In this document: positions 1 through 8,970 of the stretch, in pieces | Position numbering within the stretch: position 1 is the first letter of the stretch | Layout of the letters: each line of letters begins with the position of its first letter | NCBI GenBank assembly: GCA_964596525.1 | Contig: CAZQUL010000001.1 | Coordinates: 76,830 to 140,829, forward strand | Source of the DNA: an uncultured Gammaproteobacteria bacterium | GTDB taxonomy: Bacteria > Patescibacteriota > Patescibacteriia > Magasanikbacterales > GWA2-37-8 | Direction of reading: 5' to 3' | Length of the DNA stretch: 64,000 bases | Notes under the pieces: model-generated | Database searches by the model: none | Seen by the model: only the letters and a program-made list of their open reading frames with translations | Told to the model about the DNA's origin: nothing | Program-made: the position numbers and the translations under genes

Positions 1-27
1 GTGCCCTTTTATACAGGAGGCAGACTC

Positions 28-501
28 ATGAAACGGACGCGTCTCGCACGAGGAATTTTCGCTCTGCTTGGTCTTTCTATCAGCGCCGGGGCGAACGGTT
101 GCGCACTGACAGCACACATCCCGCAACGGCACTATTCGTTCTCGAGCGTTCACGAAGAGATTGTGGAGGCTGGGACGAACAAACGCAGCAGGCACTGCAA
201 GAGCGTAATCGAGACCGAACCGACCGGATATCGGGGGTGGGTCATCGATTGTGATTTCTATCTGAAGGAGAACGGCACCCTTGAGCTTCCTCTTGGTGCC
301 AAGCGTGCCTGGAAGTACTCTATCGGGTCATCCTATGAGGACTTTGTCGTGCCTGCCGACAGCCAGTACTACGGTGTCCAAGTGGCAATCACCCTGCACT
401 GTCCGGAAAACCACCTGCCGAGTCATGACGAAAAAACCCACGTCGCCACCTGCCTGCATAGCGCACCGCCCCTGCCGTATGCCGACGCACCAACGCCGTA
501 A
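28..501 (+). CDS. small secreted Cys-containing lipoprotein, paralog 1 of tandem family
   Basis: ATG at 28 after an AGGAGG RBS. Signal peptide with lipobox ISAGANGC. First of five tandem paralogs of similar size and architecture. Confidence 0.6.
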   Translation: MKRTRLARGIFALLGLSISAGANGCALTAHIPQRHYSFSSVHEEIVEAGTNKRSRHCKSVIETEPTGYRGWVIDCDFYLKENGTLELPLGAKRAWKYSIGSSYEDFVVPADSQYYGVQVAITLHCPENHLPSHDEKTHVATCLHSAPPLPYADAPTP

Positions 502-603
502 AGACCATCCCTAACTCGTCGTCGGACCCCGGCGACGTTTGCATTTAGGCTTGACAAAAACGCTATTTTCGGGCTTTGTAGGGTGCACAGGGGAGGATAA
601 CCG

Positions 604-990
604 ATGAACCGAAGAGTCTTTGCTACCACTGCTTTTACGCTCAACTTGCTAGTAAGCGGCTGTGCGACGGTTTCATACCAGACCTTAGAGAAACAGGCGG
701 CTCTGGCCAACGGTAATGCGGACAAGGACAATCCATGCCGTACTTCGCGTCAGGGGCACACAATCTGCACCCTACGGCTCAAAGCCGGCGAGAGCGCTGA
801 GGTAGCCGATGCCGAAATCAACTTGCGCCGCTCGGCGGATCTACAAAAAATGGTGCTCGAGCGCTCGGGCACGCCGCCGACGTTTTTCAACATCGTGTGC
901 CCAGCAGACCATGGTGCACGTCTCTGGAGTGAGCGCTGGGCAAAGAAGGTGAGCATCAAGACGATCCGCTGTCTGAAAGAGCCGTTGTAG
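604..990 (+). CDS. small secreted Cys-containing lipoprotein, paralog 2
   Basis: Signal peptide with lipobox LVSGC. Upstream segment CTTGACAAAAACGCTATTTTC is duplicated before paralog 3. C-terminal Cys-x(~20)-Cys architecture. Confidence 0.6.
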   Translation: MNRRVFATTAFTLNLLVSGCATVSYQTLEKQAALANGNADKDNPCRTSRQGHTICTLRLKAGESAEVADAEINLRRSADLQKMVLERSGTPPTFFNIVCPADHGARLWSERWAKKVSIKTIRCLKEPL

Positions 991-1124
991 GCGATGGGCG
1001 AATCATCCAGGTATTACGCCGCCGCATGAGGCGGCTTTTAGTTTTGAGCTCAGTAGGACTTGACGAAAACGCTATTTTTAGGCACATCTATCGGCGACCC
1101 AGGCTTGGGTTTTGGAGGTTAACC

Positions 1125-1571
1125 GTGCGTTATCTACTCATTGCGGGATTCGGGGTGCTCAGCCACATCTTTCTTGGTGCCGGCTGCGCACCTGCCACGC
1201 TTACACCCCGGGAGTGGACCGAAGAACTCCTTGAACATCAGCTCGAAACCATGGCGACGAGATCAGACATGGACAAAGCCTGCCGCGTCGAAACCGGCGC
1301 GCGGTACGCGGAATCATTCACCTGCCATATCACGTTGCGCTCCGACAGCGTTTTCATCTTGCAAACGTATCGCGTTCTTACCGACACGCACATAAAGAAC
1401 CCGGACGGCACGGAGCAAAAAGCGTTTATCTTGCGACGTCAGCAGCCTTTTTGGCATGATTTCTTTGGCAAAAAAGAGGTTGACGTAATCGCAACCTGTC
1501 CCCGCGGACTTTCTCCAGCCGAAGGATCGCTCGGCGGCACGATTCCCATTATCGAATGCGAAAAGCACTAG
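1125..1571 (+). CDS. small secreted Cys-containing lipoprotein, paralog 3 (GTG start)
   Basis: GGAGG RBS then GTG at 1125. Signal peptide with lipobox FLGAGC. C-terminus contains CPRG...GGTIPIIEC, a motif shared with paralogs 4 and 5. Confidence 0.55.
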   Translation: MRYLLIAGFGVLSHIFLGAGCAPATLTPREWTEELLEHQLETMATRSDMDKACRVETGARYAESFTCHITLRSDSVFILQTYRVLTDTHIKNPDGTEQKAFILRRQQPFWHDFFGKKEVDVIATCPRGLSPAEGSLGGTIPIIECEKH

Positions 1572-1602
1572 TCCAGCCGAACTCAAAATAGCTATCACCT
1601 AA

Positions 1603-1622
1603 CCGCCCCTCGGCGGTTTTTA
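1603..1622 (+). terminator. intrinsic terminator after paralog 3
   Basis: CCGCC-CCTC-GGCGG hairpin followed by TTTTT. A near-identical element follows paralog 5. Confidence 0.55.
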
Positions 1623-1715
1623 TAGTAATCGTGGTTTTCCGCAGTAACTATTGACAAAACTCCTACTTTAGGGCCCAATGAGGGCGGCCTGACGGCCAGA
1701 AAAGAGGAAACGACC

Positions 1716-2165
1716 ATGAAGAAGCTGCTGGTGGGACTGAGCCTTTGGGGAATTGGGGCATGCGCGCACGCACCGACCTCGACGATCACATGGACGGTGC
1801 GGAACTGGACCGATGCCGAGATCCGGCACGAGGTGGCGACAGCGACGCGCGAGTATGGCACGCCGTGCCAGCTCATCACCAAGATCGAGAACGACGTGCC
1901 GTTCGACTACGTGAGCTGCTTCGTACGGATCCCGCAGGGGTACTCGCTCCCCCTGGATGCCCGAACGTGGAGGCACGCCACCCTCCACCAAGAGAGTGTC
2001 AACTATATAGCGATGAGGGCGACGATCATGCGGCAGGGCAAGCCGGTCGCCGTCGAGCTCGGCGTACGTTGCATGGGCGATGACCGCAGAGAAGACAGCC
2101 ACCTGGCGCCCAGGACCTCCGCGGACGGCGAGGAGCACCAGCTCGTCTGCAAGAAGCTCGAGTAA
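1716..2165 (+). CDS. small secreted lipoprotein, paralog 4, truncated by an in-frame TAA
   Basis: AGAGGA RBS. Signal peptide with lipobox GIGAC. The same reading frame after the TAA at 2163 continues through ...LTGGTIPTGEC..., the conserved family C-terminus. Confidence 0.55.
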   Translation: MKKLLVGLSLWGIGACAHAPTSTITWTVRNWTDAEIRHEVATATREYGTPCQLITKIENDVPFDYVSCFVRIPQGYSLPLDARTWRHATLHQESVNYIAMRATIMRQGKPVAVELGVRCMGDDRREDSHLAPRTSADGEEHQLVCKKLE

Positions 2166-2318
2166 ACGACGAGCGCGGCGCCGATCGCAGACCTGACCGG
2201 TGGAACGATTCCCACCGGTGAATGCCATGGAAATCATACAAAGATACCGCTCTGAGCCGCCATCTGGCGGCTTTTCTCATAGCGAAATATCTGCTCACCC
2301 CAGCCTACACCTCTATAG

Positions 2319-2347
2319 TTGACAAAACGGCAGGTATCTTGTGTAAT
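2319..2347 (+). promoter_or_regulatory. sigma70-like promoter TTGACA-N17-TGTAAT for paralog 5
   Basis: TTGACAAAACGGCAGGTATCTTGTGTAAT, 34 nt upstream of the ATG at 2381. Confidence 0.45.
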
Positions 2348-2380
2348 GAGCTCGCCTTTCACAGGAAAGCGAGGTTATTC

Positions 2381-2845
2381 ATGAACAGGTCACATCACGG
2401 TCTTGTAGCGGGATTGGCAGTAATGATGCTGGCAGGGTGCGCAGGAATTCAGCGCAAACCCCTAAACTGGACACCGGCAGATGTTGAAGACCACCTGCAG
2501 CGGGCGACGGCGCAAGACGTTAAGGAGAACGCCTGCCATTTTCGGACGCTCCCGGTAGCGCCTGCGGATGCAGGGCGGGAGAAAACCATCGATTGCCGGA
2601 TTACGCTTACGGAAAAGACCACCTTCGCGGCTACAGATTACCAGCTCGGCGCTTCGCTGTGGATTTTGGGTGATGTGCGCGAGCGGCGCGAGATAGTGCT
2701 GCAGCGTAGAGAGCCCTACTTTCACCCGCAGTTTGGCCTAGCCAAGGTTTTTACCACGGTAGAGTGCCCGAAGGGCCACGCATCTGCCTGGCTCGAACCG
2801 CAATATGGCGGCCCCGCCGTCGTGTGCGACCCCGGTACTCCGTAA
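2381..2845 (+). CDS. small secreted Cys-containing lipoprotein, paralog 5
   Basis: Signal peptide with lipobox MLAGC. C-terminus ECPKG...GGPAVVCDPG aligns with paralog 3. Confidence 0.6.
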   Translation: MNRSHHGLVAGLAVMMLAGCAGIQRKPLNWTPADVEDHLQRATAQDVKENACHFRTLPVAPADAGREKTIDCRITLTEKTTFAATDYQLGASLWILGDVRERREIVLQRREPYFHPQFGLAKVFTTVECPKGHASAWLEPQYGGPAVVCDPGTP

Positions 2846-2860
2846 CAAAGAAACGCTCAA

Positions 2861-2883
2861 CCGCCTTCTCTAGGCGGTTTTAT
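2861..2883 (+). terminator. intrinsic terminator after paralog 5
   Basis: CCGCC-TTCTCTA-GGCGG hairpin followed by TTTTAT. Confidence 0.5.
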
Positions 2884-2942
2884 AGTTAAAAGGCTGCTTG
2901 CGACGAGGTGTTTGGTATGGTAGGATGGCCATGAAATTTATT

Positions 2943-3025
2943 GCCCAGATGGTGGAATTGGTAGACACTCAGGACTTAAAATCCTGCGCCCAAAAGGCAT
3001 GCGGGTTCGACTCCCGCTCTGGGCA
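2943..3025 (+). tRNA. tRNA-Leu (anticodon TAA), type II with long variable arm
   Basis: GCCCAGATGGTGGAATTGGTAGACAC...GGACTTAAAATCC...GCGGGTTCGACTCCCGCTCTGGGCA. Acceptor GCCCAGA/TCTGGGC with discriminator A. Close match to canonical bacterial tRNA-Leu. Confidence 0.9.
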
Positions 3026-3163
3026 CACCTATCGTTTCGATATGTTTTAAACCGCTTTCCCGTGCGGAATTTTTTAATAGATTAACACGGTCTAAAAATT
3101 TTTAATTTTAAAAGGCCTGTGCAATGGTGACGCAGAGGCCTTGGGTATTTCTGGAATTACGGA

Positions 3164-3946
3164 CTAGAAGAGATCGGCGGCCGCGCGCTCTTCCCACGTG
3201 GCAGCTATGACTTTCTGTCCGTCCCACGCGTAATAGTGAGATTTGGGCTCTCCGTAGAGCCGACCCGTGTACGCGGTGCGGAAGACGGTGTTACGCGGAA
3301 TGAGCGCGATAAACTGTTCTCCACTCCCCATACGGCCCGCATCTCCTTGGGCGATGATGCCGCGCGCGAGCACCTCTGCTGGAAACGGTGCAAAGACGGT
3401 CTCGAAGGTGGACTCGCCACATTTCGGACATGTAGCGGGCGCATACATCCCAGCGCCTTCGGTACTGCAGGCCCTGCATTTCCAACCGACCCGGTCGCCG
3501 GTATGGGCATTACTGCCCCGGAAGCCGATCTTGGTAACCATGACCGCGATAATGAAGTCGGGACTGGAGGCTTCGCGCGCGCTAATAAGCTTATTCTTGC
3601 CTGCTCGGGTCTTGCCAATCTGAGCGAACATAAGCCGATCACACACCTTTCCATCGTCAGGATGATTGGAGGCATGACCGACTTCTTTCGCCGCGACAAG
3701 CTGGCATCCACACGTGTCGCACGCACTACCACTCGACGACCAGACCGCTCGCCCCCGATCGGGGCACGCCACGAGCGGCGGATTATCGACCGGCAGCACA
3801 CCACGCTCACGTCCCCGGCCTTCTTCACCGATGATTATGGCGGGGATATCAACGGCGGCACCCTTGAGATGCAGTGTCTTGACGGCCGCACCCGGCGTAA
3901 CCGAACCGTTTGAAATGGTAACAACACTCAACGACTGCTGATTCAT
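3164..3946 (-). CDS. hypothetical protein with CxxC...CxxC zinc-ribbon motifs
   Basis: Start MNQQ at 3946 after a GGAGGA RBS. CDTCGC and CRAC...CPKCG cysteine clusters. The longer 479-aa ORF call upstream of this start is read-through. Confidence 0.55.
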   Translation of the reverse strand: MNQQSLSVVTISNGSVTPGAAVKTLHLKGAAVDIPAIIIGEEGRGRERGVLPVDNPPLVACPDRGRAVWSSSGSACDTCGCQLVAAKEVGHASNHPDDGKVCDRLMFAQIGKTRAGKNKLISAREASSPDFIIAVMVTKIGFRGSNAHTGDRVGWKCRACSTEGAGMYAPATCPKCGESTFETVFAPFPAEVLARGIIAQGDAGRMGSGEQFIALIPRNTVFRTAYTGRLYGEPKSHYYAWDGQKVIAATWEERAAADLF

Positions 3947-4194
3947 GGCGTTCCTCCGTTTCGGGCCCGGTGGGCAGCTGCCCGTGGGCGTGAAAGTCGC
4001 TGGAGCGACACAGTGCTCTTGTACGAAGAGCGGGAAATTACCTCGCGAGATAACTTCCTTACTCTGCGCAACAGTAGAACAGACAATAGTATCGTTCTTT
4101 TCAGGCAATGTCAATGAAAACAAACTCGTTCTTAGCACTTTAAAACAGAAAGGCGGAGCGCGCGAGGCGTCCGCCATGAAGGCTAGAAGGGTCA

Positions 4195-5265
4195 TCAGTT
4201 GCTGACGACTGGAAGCTCGAAGTCGCCGATCCAGTTGGTGAAAACTTGGCCTGCGGCCGGCGTCACCTTGACCCAGATGCGTGCAACCACGAGCTCGCCG
4301 ACTTTGAGCAGCGACAGGTTGGCCGGCGGGATCCAGAAGGTAAAGTAGACCTTTTGGGTGCCGTCGCTCCTCTGGCTGAAGGTGGCGGCCGGACCCGTGG
4401 TGTTGACCGGGTAAGATACGCCGTTGTAGAACACCTCGTTGTACACCTGTATCGTCACCTGCTGACTCATCGCCACCTGGTCGAGGCGCACACCAGCCCA
4501 GAGTCCGCGCGTGGGCGAGATGGAACGATCGCCCGGCGTAGGGCAGTCGTAGCCATCGAGGGCGCCGCCGCTCGTGTAGCGCGGAACGAAAGCCACCGCA
4601 CACACGCTCGACGCTCCAGGGAAGCTATAGAGACCGTAGTGATCGATCTGCGTCGGGGGCACCGGCGGCCGGCGGGGCATGCCCGTGGTGGACGGCGGCG
4701 GGTTGGTAGTGCCACCGTCGGTCACACCGCCATCCGCTACGGAGGAGCCTACGACCGTGAAGGTCACGCGTCCGACTGGCTGCGGCGAATAACGGGAATC
4801 GGCGCGGCGGCGGATGTAGAACTCCACCGTGTGAGGACCCGTAAGATCCGGCGTGTAGGTGAGCCAGATGGCGCGGGGCGTGGCGCTCACGCCTTTAGTG
4901 CAGTACTCCCCGCTCTCGGTGTGCGGGTAGGTATCCGAGCCGTAGCGGGTGTAGAAGCACACGAGATCGTCGACGCGCAGGAAGGTGAAATACGCCGTGA
5001 CCGGCGTACCGACAGTGGGGACGGCCTTGGTAGGGCACACCACCGCACCGGACGCGTCGCTCGGCGCCGTAGCGCAGAGGGCCGGATTGCCATCCGAAGA
5101 GTAGCTGTAAGGTGAGGCGGCTCCGGTCGTTGTAACTACGCCTGGAGTCTCAGGGATGCCCGAAGCGACGGTGCCCACCGGGGGCTCTACATTCATACCT
5201 GCCTCATCGCCGCACGCGGCAATAAAGCCCGCAAACACGAGGGAAAGAACAATGAGCTTCTTCAT
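4195..5265 (-). CDS. secreted lipoprotein, 356 aa, unknown function
   Basis: AAGGAGG RBS. MKKLIVLSLVFAGFIAAC signal peptide with lipobox. Gly/Thr/Pro-rich mature region with 6+ Cys. Confidence 0.7.
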   Translation of the reverse strand: MKKLIVLSLVFAGFIAACGDEAGMNVEPPVGTVASGIPETPGVVTTTGAASPYSYSSDGNPALCATAPSDASGAVVCPTKAVPTVGTPVTAYFTFLRVDDLVCFYTRYGSDTYPHTESGEYCTKGVSATPRAIWLTYTPDLTGPHTVEFYIRRRADSRYSPQPVGRVTFTVVGSSVADGGVTDGGTTNPPPSTTGMPRRPPVPPTQIDHYGLYSFPGASSVCAVAFVPRYTSGGALDGYDCPTPGDRSISPTRGLWAGVRLDQVAMSQQVTIQVYNEVFYNGVSYPVNTTGPAATFSQRSDGTQKVYFTFWIPPANLSLLKVGELVVARIWVKVTPAAGQVFTNWIGDFELPVVSN

Positions 5266-5424
5266 GACGATTTCCTCCTTTTGTACTGTTTGGGAGATTT
5301 TGCGCAGAGCAGAGCCTAAAAAGGCGTCTGTTACGACAGGTAATGCTACCACAAAAACAACTAAAAGTCAAGCTACGAGGAGAACTGTGCAGAACCAAGT
5401 TGAAGCCATTTTTCCCGCTCTAAC

Positions 5425-5453
5425 TTGACAAAAAGCCGCCCACCGCCTATCGT
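5425..5453 (+). promoter_or_regulatory. sigma70-like promoter TTGACA-N17-TATCGT
   Basis: TTGACAAAAAGCCGCCCACCGCCTATCGT, upstream of the ATG at 5503. Confidence 0.4.
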
Positions 5454-5502
5454 GGATGGTCTCTCAACCTATGGCTCAGTGCCACCTATCAAGGAGGGTG
5501 AG

Positions 5503-5934
5503 ATGCGTTCAGTAAAGAGGATTTTGGGAATTCTGATGGCAGTGATTGCGCTCAACGGCGGGTGCGCAGCCCCGGAGCATGTTTCGGATACGCCCGTGAA
5601 AAGCGCGCCTGAGAGACAGCTCTTTTACTACGAAGTCCAGCTCAACTGCTGCGTCGACTTGTCCCGCGGCACGCCAGCCAAGGTGCCGGTATGCGAGAAG
5701 TCGATAGCTGAGGCCGACGCTTGGCTGAAGCGTGCCCTACCCGGTCATCACATTGTGCGAACCGGAAATTTCTGGACACCGCCGCAACGAGCCGGCCAGG
5801 TCGTTTTTTACCATGACGTCGAGGCGTGCCGACCGATCACCAACATCGACGACGTAGCCTATTACACCAACCTTTTCATCAGTCGTCAGGATTGTCCTCA
5901 GTCGCTTCTGCGGACGCCGATCATCATCGACTGA
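5503..5934 (+). CDS. small secreted Cys-containing lipoprotein
   Basis: AAGGAGGG RBS. Signal peptide with lipobox ALNGGC. 144 aa with several Cys. Confidence 0.6.
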   Translation: MRSVKRILGILMAVIALNGGCAAPEHVSDTPVKSAPERQLFYYEVQLNCCVDLSRGTPAKVPVCEKSIAEADAWLKRALPGHHIVRTGNFWTPPQRAGQVVFYHDVEACRPITNIDDVAYYTNLFISRQDCPQSLLRTPIIID

Positions 5935-5953
5935 AGTTCGAAACAACAACCAA

Positions 5954-5986
5954 ATCCCCGCCGGAAGTTTCCGACGGGGATTTTTA
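5954..5986. terminator. hairpin terminator between convergent genes
   Basis: ATCCCCG...CGGGGAT stem with nested CCGGAA/TTCCG, followed by TTTTT. Lies between the lipoprotein gene (+) and asnS (-). Confidence 0.45.
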
Positions 5987-5999
5987 ATTGCTGGAATAC

Positions 6000-7292
6000 T
6001 TACGGTTTGAGGCGGCCAATGGTGCGCGGGAACGGGATGCATTCGCGGATATGTTCCGTGCCCGAGATCCAGCGCACAAGGCGCTCGAGACCGAAGCCGA
6101 AGCCGGCATGCGGTACGGAGCCAAAGCGGCGCGTGTCGAGGTACCATTGGTACTCTGCTTCAGACAATCCTTCGCTTCGCATGCGCTCGAGGATGATGTC
6201 GATGTTTTCTTCGCGCTGTGAACCGCCGGCGATTTCGCCCGCGCCTTCGGTGGCGATAAGATCAGCGTTGAGGACGCGACTGTCATTGGCTGGGTCGCGC
6301 TTCATGTAGAATGGCTTGATTTCTTTGGGCCATTTTTCGATGAAGATCGGTACGGCGGATTCTTTGGTGAGAATGGCTTCGTCGTCGTTGCCAAGGTCTT
6401 CGCCGTGTTTGATGTCCGAGCCGAGACGGTTAAGCTCGACAATCGCTTCATCATAGGTGAGGCGCGTGAATGGCGCGTCGATCGCTTGGAGTTTTTGGAT
6501 ATCGCGCTCGAGGATGACAAGTTCTTCTTGGCAACTAGAAAGACACGCGCGAACGACATGACGGACAAGGCCTTCTTGGATACGCAGGTTTTCATCGTGC
6601 TCAACAAAAGCAGCTTCGGCATCCATCATCCAAAATTCGGTGAGATGGCGTTTAGTCTTGCTTTTTTCGGCACGGAAAACTGGGCCGAAATCATAGCAGC
6701 GTCCGACAGAACCGATCGCGGCTTCAAGGTAGAGCTGACCGGACTGCGATAGATATGCCGTGCCTTCGTCGAAGTACGGTACGGGGAAAAGCGTAGTCGT
6801 TCCTTCGCACGCGTTGGGAGTGAAGACCGGTGAGTCGACACGGACGAACTGCTCTTGGTGTAGATACTCTTGCATGGCCATCATGATGCGATCACGTAAC
6901 CGAAGGATCGCCCACTGGCGTTTACTCCGGAGCCAGAGGTGGCGGTTCTCAAGAAGGAAATCCGGACCGTGGTCTTTTTTGGCGATCGGGTAATCCACGG
7001 CGAGCTGGATGATGTTGAAAGACTGGAGCTGGATTTCAAAAACATTCTCTTTCTTGGGATGCTTGGTGACGATGCCGGTGAGCGTAACCGAAGATTCTTG
7101 GGTGACTTGTTCGATAGCGGCCCAAACCTCGGCAGGAAGAGAATCTTTAGCTGCCACGACGGAACGCCAAGCAGCACCATCGCGCACCTCGAGAAAGGCA
7201 ATGGAACCGGAGGAGCGTTTATTATAGAGCCAACCTTGGATAGTGATGGTTTGACCAACTAAGGAAGCTAGCGAAGAGGGCACGAGGGGCAT
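6000..7292 (-). CDS. asnS: asparaginyl-tRNA synthetase (class II aaRS)
   Basis: N-terminal OB fold, FRAEKSKTKRHLTEFWMMDAEAAF (AsnRS-type motif 2) and GFGFGLERL motif 3. 430 aa. Confidence 0.85.
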   Translation of the reverse strand: MPLVPSSLASLVGQTITIQGWLYNKRSSGSIAFLEVRDGAAWRSVVAAKDSLPAEVWAAIEQVTQESSVTLTGIVTKHPKKENVFEIQLQSFNIIQLAVDYPIAKKDHGPDFLLENRHLWLRSKRQWAILRLRDRIMMAMQEYLHQEQFVRVDSPVFTPNACEGTTTLFPVPYFDEGTAYLSQSGQLYLEAAIGSVGRCYDFGPVFRAEKSKTKRHLTEFWMMDAEAAFVEHDENLRIQEGLVRHVVRACLSSCQEELVILERDIQKLQAIDAPFTRLTYDEAIVELNRLGSDIKHGEDLGNDDEAILTKESAVPIFIEKWPKEIKPFYMKRDPANDSRVLNADLIATEGAGEIAGGSQREENIDIILERMRSEGLSEAEYQWYLDTRRFGSVPHAGFGFGLERLVRWISGTEHIRECIPFPRTIGRLKP

Positions 7293-7410
7293 ACAATAGT
7301 AAGTTAAGGTACGATGTACAGTACCTTAAAGCCCGCTAAAACCGCAAGTCGTATTGACAAAACCGCCATTTGGTCTAGTGTACGTGCACCACTGAAGAAT
7401 GAGGTGAACG

Positions 7411-8157
7411 ATGCTTGAAAATCTAAGACGACACGGCTACGCGTTTATACCGCGGCCAAAGGACATGCAGGATATCGAACTTGCTCTAGCGCTGTTTGAA
7501 GACATTATTACTGTACCACCACCCACGCCGTATCGGTTCGTGCATGCGGGATGGCCGCCAGACACGGGTTTGTCGGAGCGGAGCCCTGAGATACATCCTG
7601 CGAGCGACCATAAAAAGGTGTTCCACTGGCGACCGTACTATAATCGGCTTCTCTTTGAGAATAATCTGCTCGCGTTCTGCCACCGGCCGTTCGTGCGCCT
7701 GCTCCAATGGTCGGACCATCTCTATAAAGCATCCAAAAGAACGGTGCTTGAATGCCTGCACGAGCTTAGCCGCGCGTTTCCGGAAGTAGAACTGCGGAGC
7801 TGGCGGATAGAAGAGCATCCCGACTCGGTACTGCGGTTTGTCCGCTATACCGCCGCGACAAGCCGCGAGGGCGGATATGCCACGCTCGGGCGCGAGCACC
7901 ACGACTTTTCCTTCCTGACACTCATTATAGGCGAAGACTGCCCCGGGCTTGAGATACACACTGAGGGAGACTGGCAGACCATCTCTCCCACCCGTGAAAA
8001 AGTGATTCTGATCGCTGGAGAGAAACTGAGCCAGTACACGAACGGAAAAATTCCGGCAGCGCGGCATAGAGTCCGGCAGAAAATTACGGATCCGCAGCAA
8101 ACAGTCGGTCGACGCTCGCTCCTGTTTTTCTTGAATAGTGATCACGACCAAACTTAA
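7411..8157 (+). CDS. 2-oxoglutarate/Fe(II)-dependent oxygenase superfamily protein
   Basis: HHDFSFLTL (HxD) ... ARHRV arrangement typical of the 2OG-Fe(II) dioxygenase fold. Confidence 0.5.
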   Translation: MLENLRRHGYAFIPRPKDMQDIELALALFEDIITVPPPTPYRFVHAGWPPDTGLSERSPEIHPASDHKKVFHWRPYYNRLLFENNLLAFCHRPFVRLLQWSDHLYKASKRTVLECLHELSRAFPEVELRSWRIEEHPDSVLRFVRYTAATSREGGYATLGREHHDFSFLTLIIGEDCPGLEIHTEGDWQTISPTREKVILIAGEKLSQYTNGKIPAARHRVRQKITDPQQTVGRRSLLFFLNSDHDQT

Positions 8158-8169
8158 AAAGGAGGTCTC

Positions 8170-8787
8170 ATGAGTACGAGAGTGCGGCAACAGGCCTTAC
8201 TGATAACCCAAGCCGGTGTTATAACGCTCGCGATTATTTCGGGCTGCGGATACGCCCATCAAGCATACAAGATCTTCAGCAAAAAAAGCGCGCAAAGTTT
8301 ATCCGGCTATCTCTTTATTGCCGTAACCTTCGTTTTTATAGCAGGCGCGCTTTACGGAGCGCAGCTGGGCAAAAAAGTGATGCTCCTTAGCAACGGATTG
8401 CGTGCACCACTTGCTGCGGCCGTAGTTGGGGGTATTGCCTATTACGGCGGGCTTTCCCCCGGCGAATGGATTGCAGTCGCCAGTGTAGTCGGCGCTGGTA
8501 TACTTGCGTATACCAAACCGGCTTGGAGCGGATGGATGTGCGTTGGGAGTGCAGTCATCGGCCTGGCTGGCGTGACGCGCCAGATTTATGAAATGATCGC
8601 CCAAGGCCACCCCGGCGTCATATCGTTACCACTCCTCGGCACCCAGCTTGTCAACGCGATATTCTGGACTACATATCTTGCTCTGTACCTCGAAAAACCC
8701 TGTTTCGCCGATCGCGTTCTGACCTGGTGCTGCGGCACGAACATTATCCTGACCGGTATCTTGATGGTGCTATGGGCGCGGTTCTGA
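8170..8787 (+). CDS. polytopic membrane protein, unknown function
   Basis: AAAGGAGG RBS. Six or more hydrophobic helices. Confidence 0.6.
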   Translation: MSTRVRQQALLITQAGVITLAIISGCGYAHQAYKIFSKKSAQSLSGYLFIAVTFVFIAGALYGAQLGKKVMLLSNGLRAPLAAAVVGGIAYYGGLSPGEWIAVASVVGAGILAYTKPAWSGWMCVGSAVIGLAGVTRQIYEMIAQGHPGVISLPLLGTQLVNAIFWTTYLALYLEKPCFADRVLTWCCGTNIILTGILMVLWARF

Positions 8788-8801
8788 CACAATCTTTTAG
8801 G

Positions 8802-8825
8802 CACCCAGAACTCCTGGGTGTTTTA
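8802..8825 (+). terminator. intrinsic terminator
   Basis: CACCCAG-AACTC-CTGGGTG followed by TTTT. Confidence 0.55.
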
Positions 8826-8845
8826 CATTGTTGCGCGCTTTACCA

Positions 8846-8874
8846 TTGACACTTGAAGCATTTATTGATACTAT
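8846..8874 (+). promoter_or_regulatory. sigma70-like promoter TTGACA-N17-TACTAT
   Basis: TTGACACTTGAAGCATTTATTGATACTAT, upstream of the gene at 8971. Confidence 0.45.
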
Positions 8875-8970
8875 TTGCCGTTCTGACTACGACTGATCTT
8901 TGACGTCATCGCGATACGTTCAGCGAACTACCAACCCTCCATCGATCCATGAAATGAAGGAGACACCCCC

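Noticed and set aside
1668-2298. Overlapping ORFs 1668-2237(-), 1745-2083(+), 2003-2215(-) and 2026-2298(-) over lipoprotein paralog 4.
   Set aside because: The + strand frame at 1716 has an RBS, a signal peptide and family similarity. The others are GC-driven shadow frames.
3947-4603. The N-terminal 219 residues of the 479-aa minus-strand ORF 3164-4603.
   Set aside because: The RBS (GGAGGA) and a plausible start lie at 3946. The upstream extension is Arg/Gly-rich low-complexity translation of GC-rich intergenic DNA with no start context.
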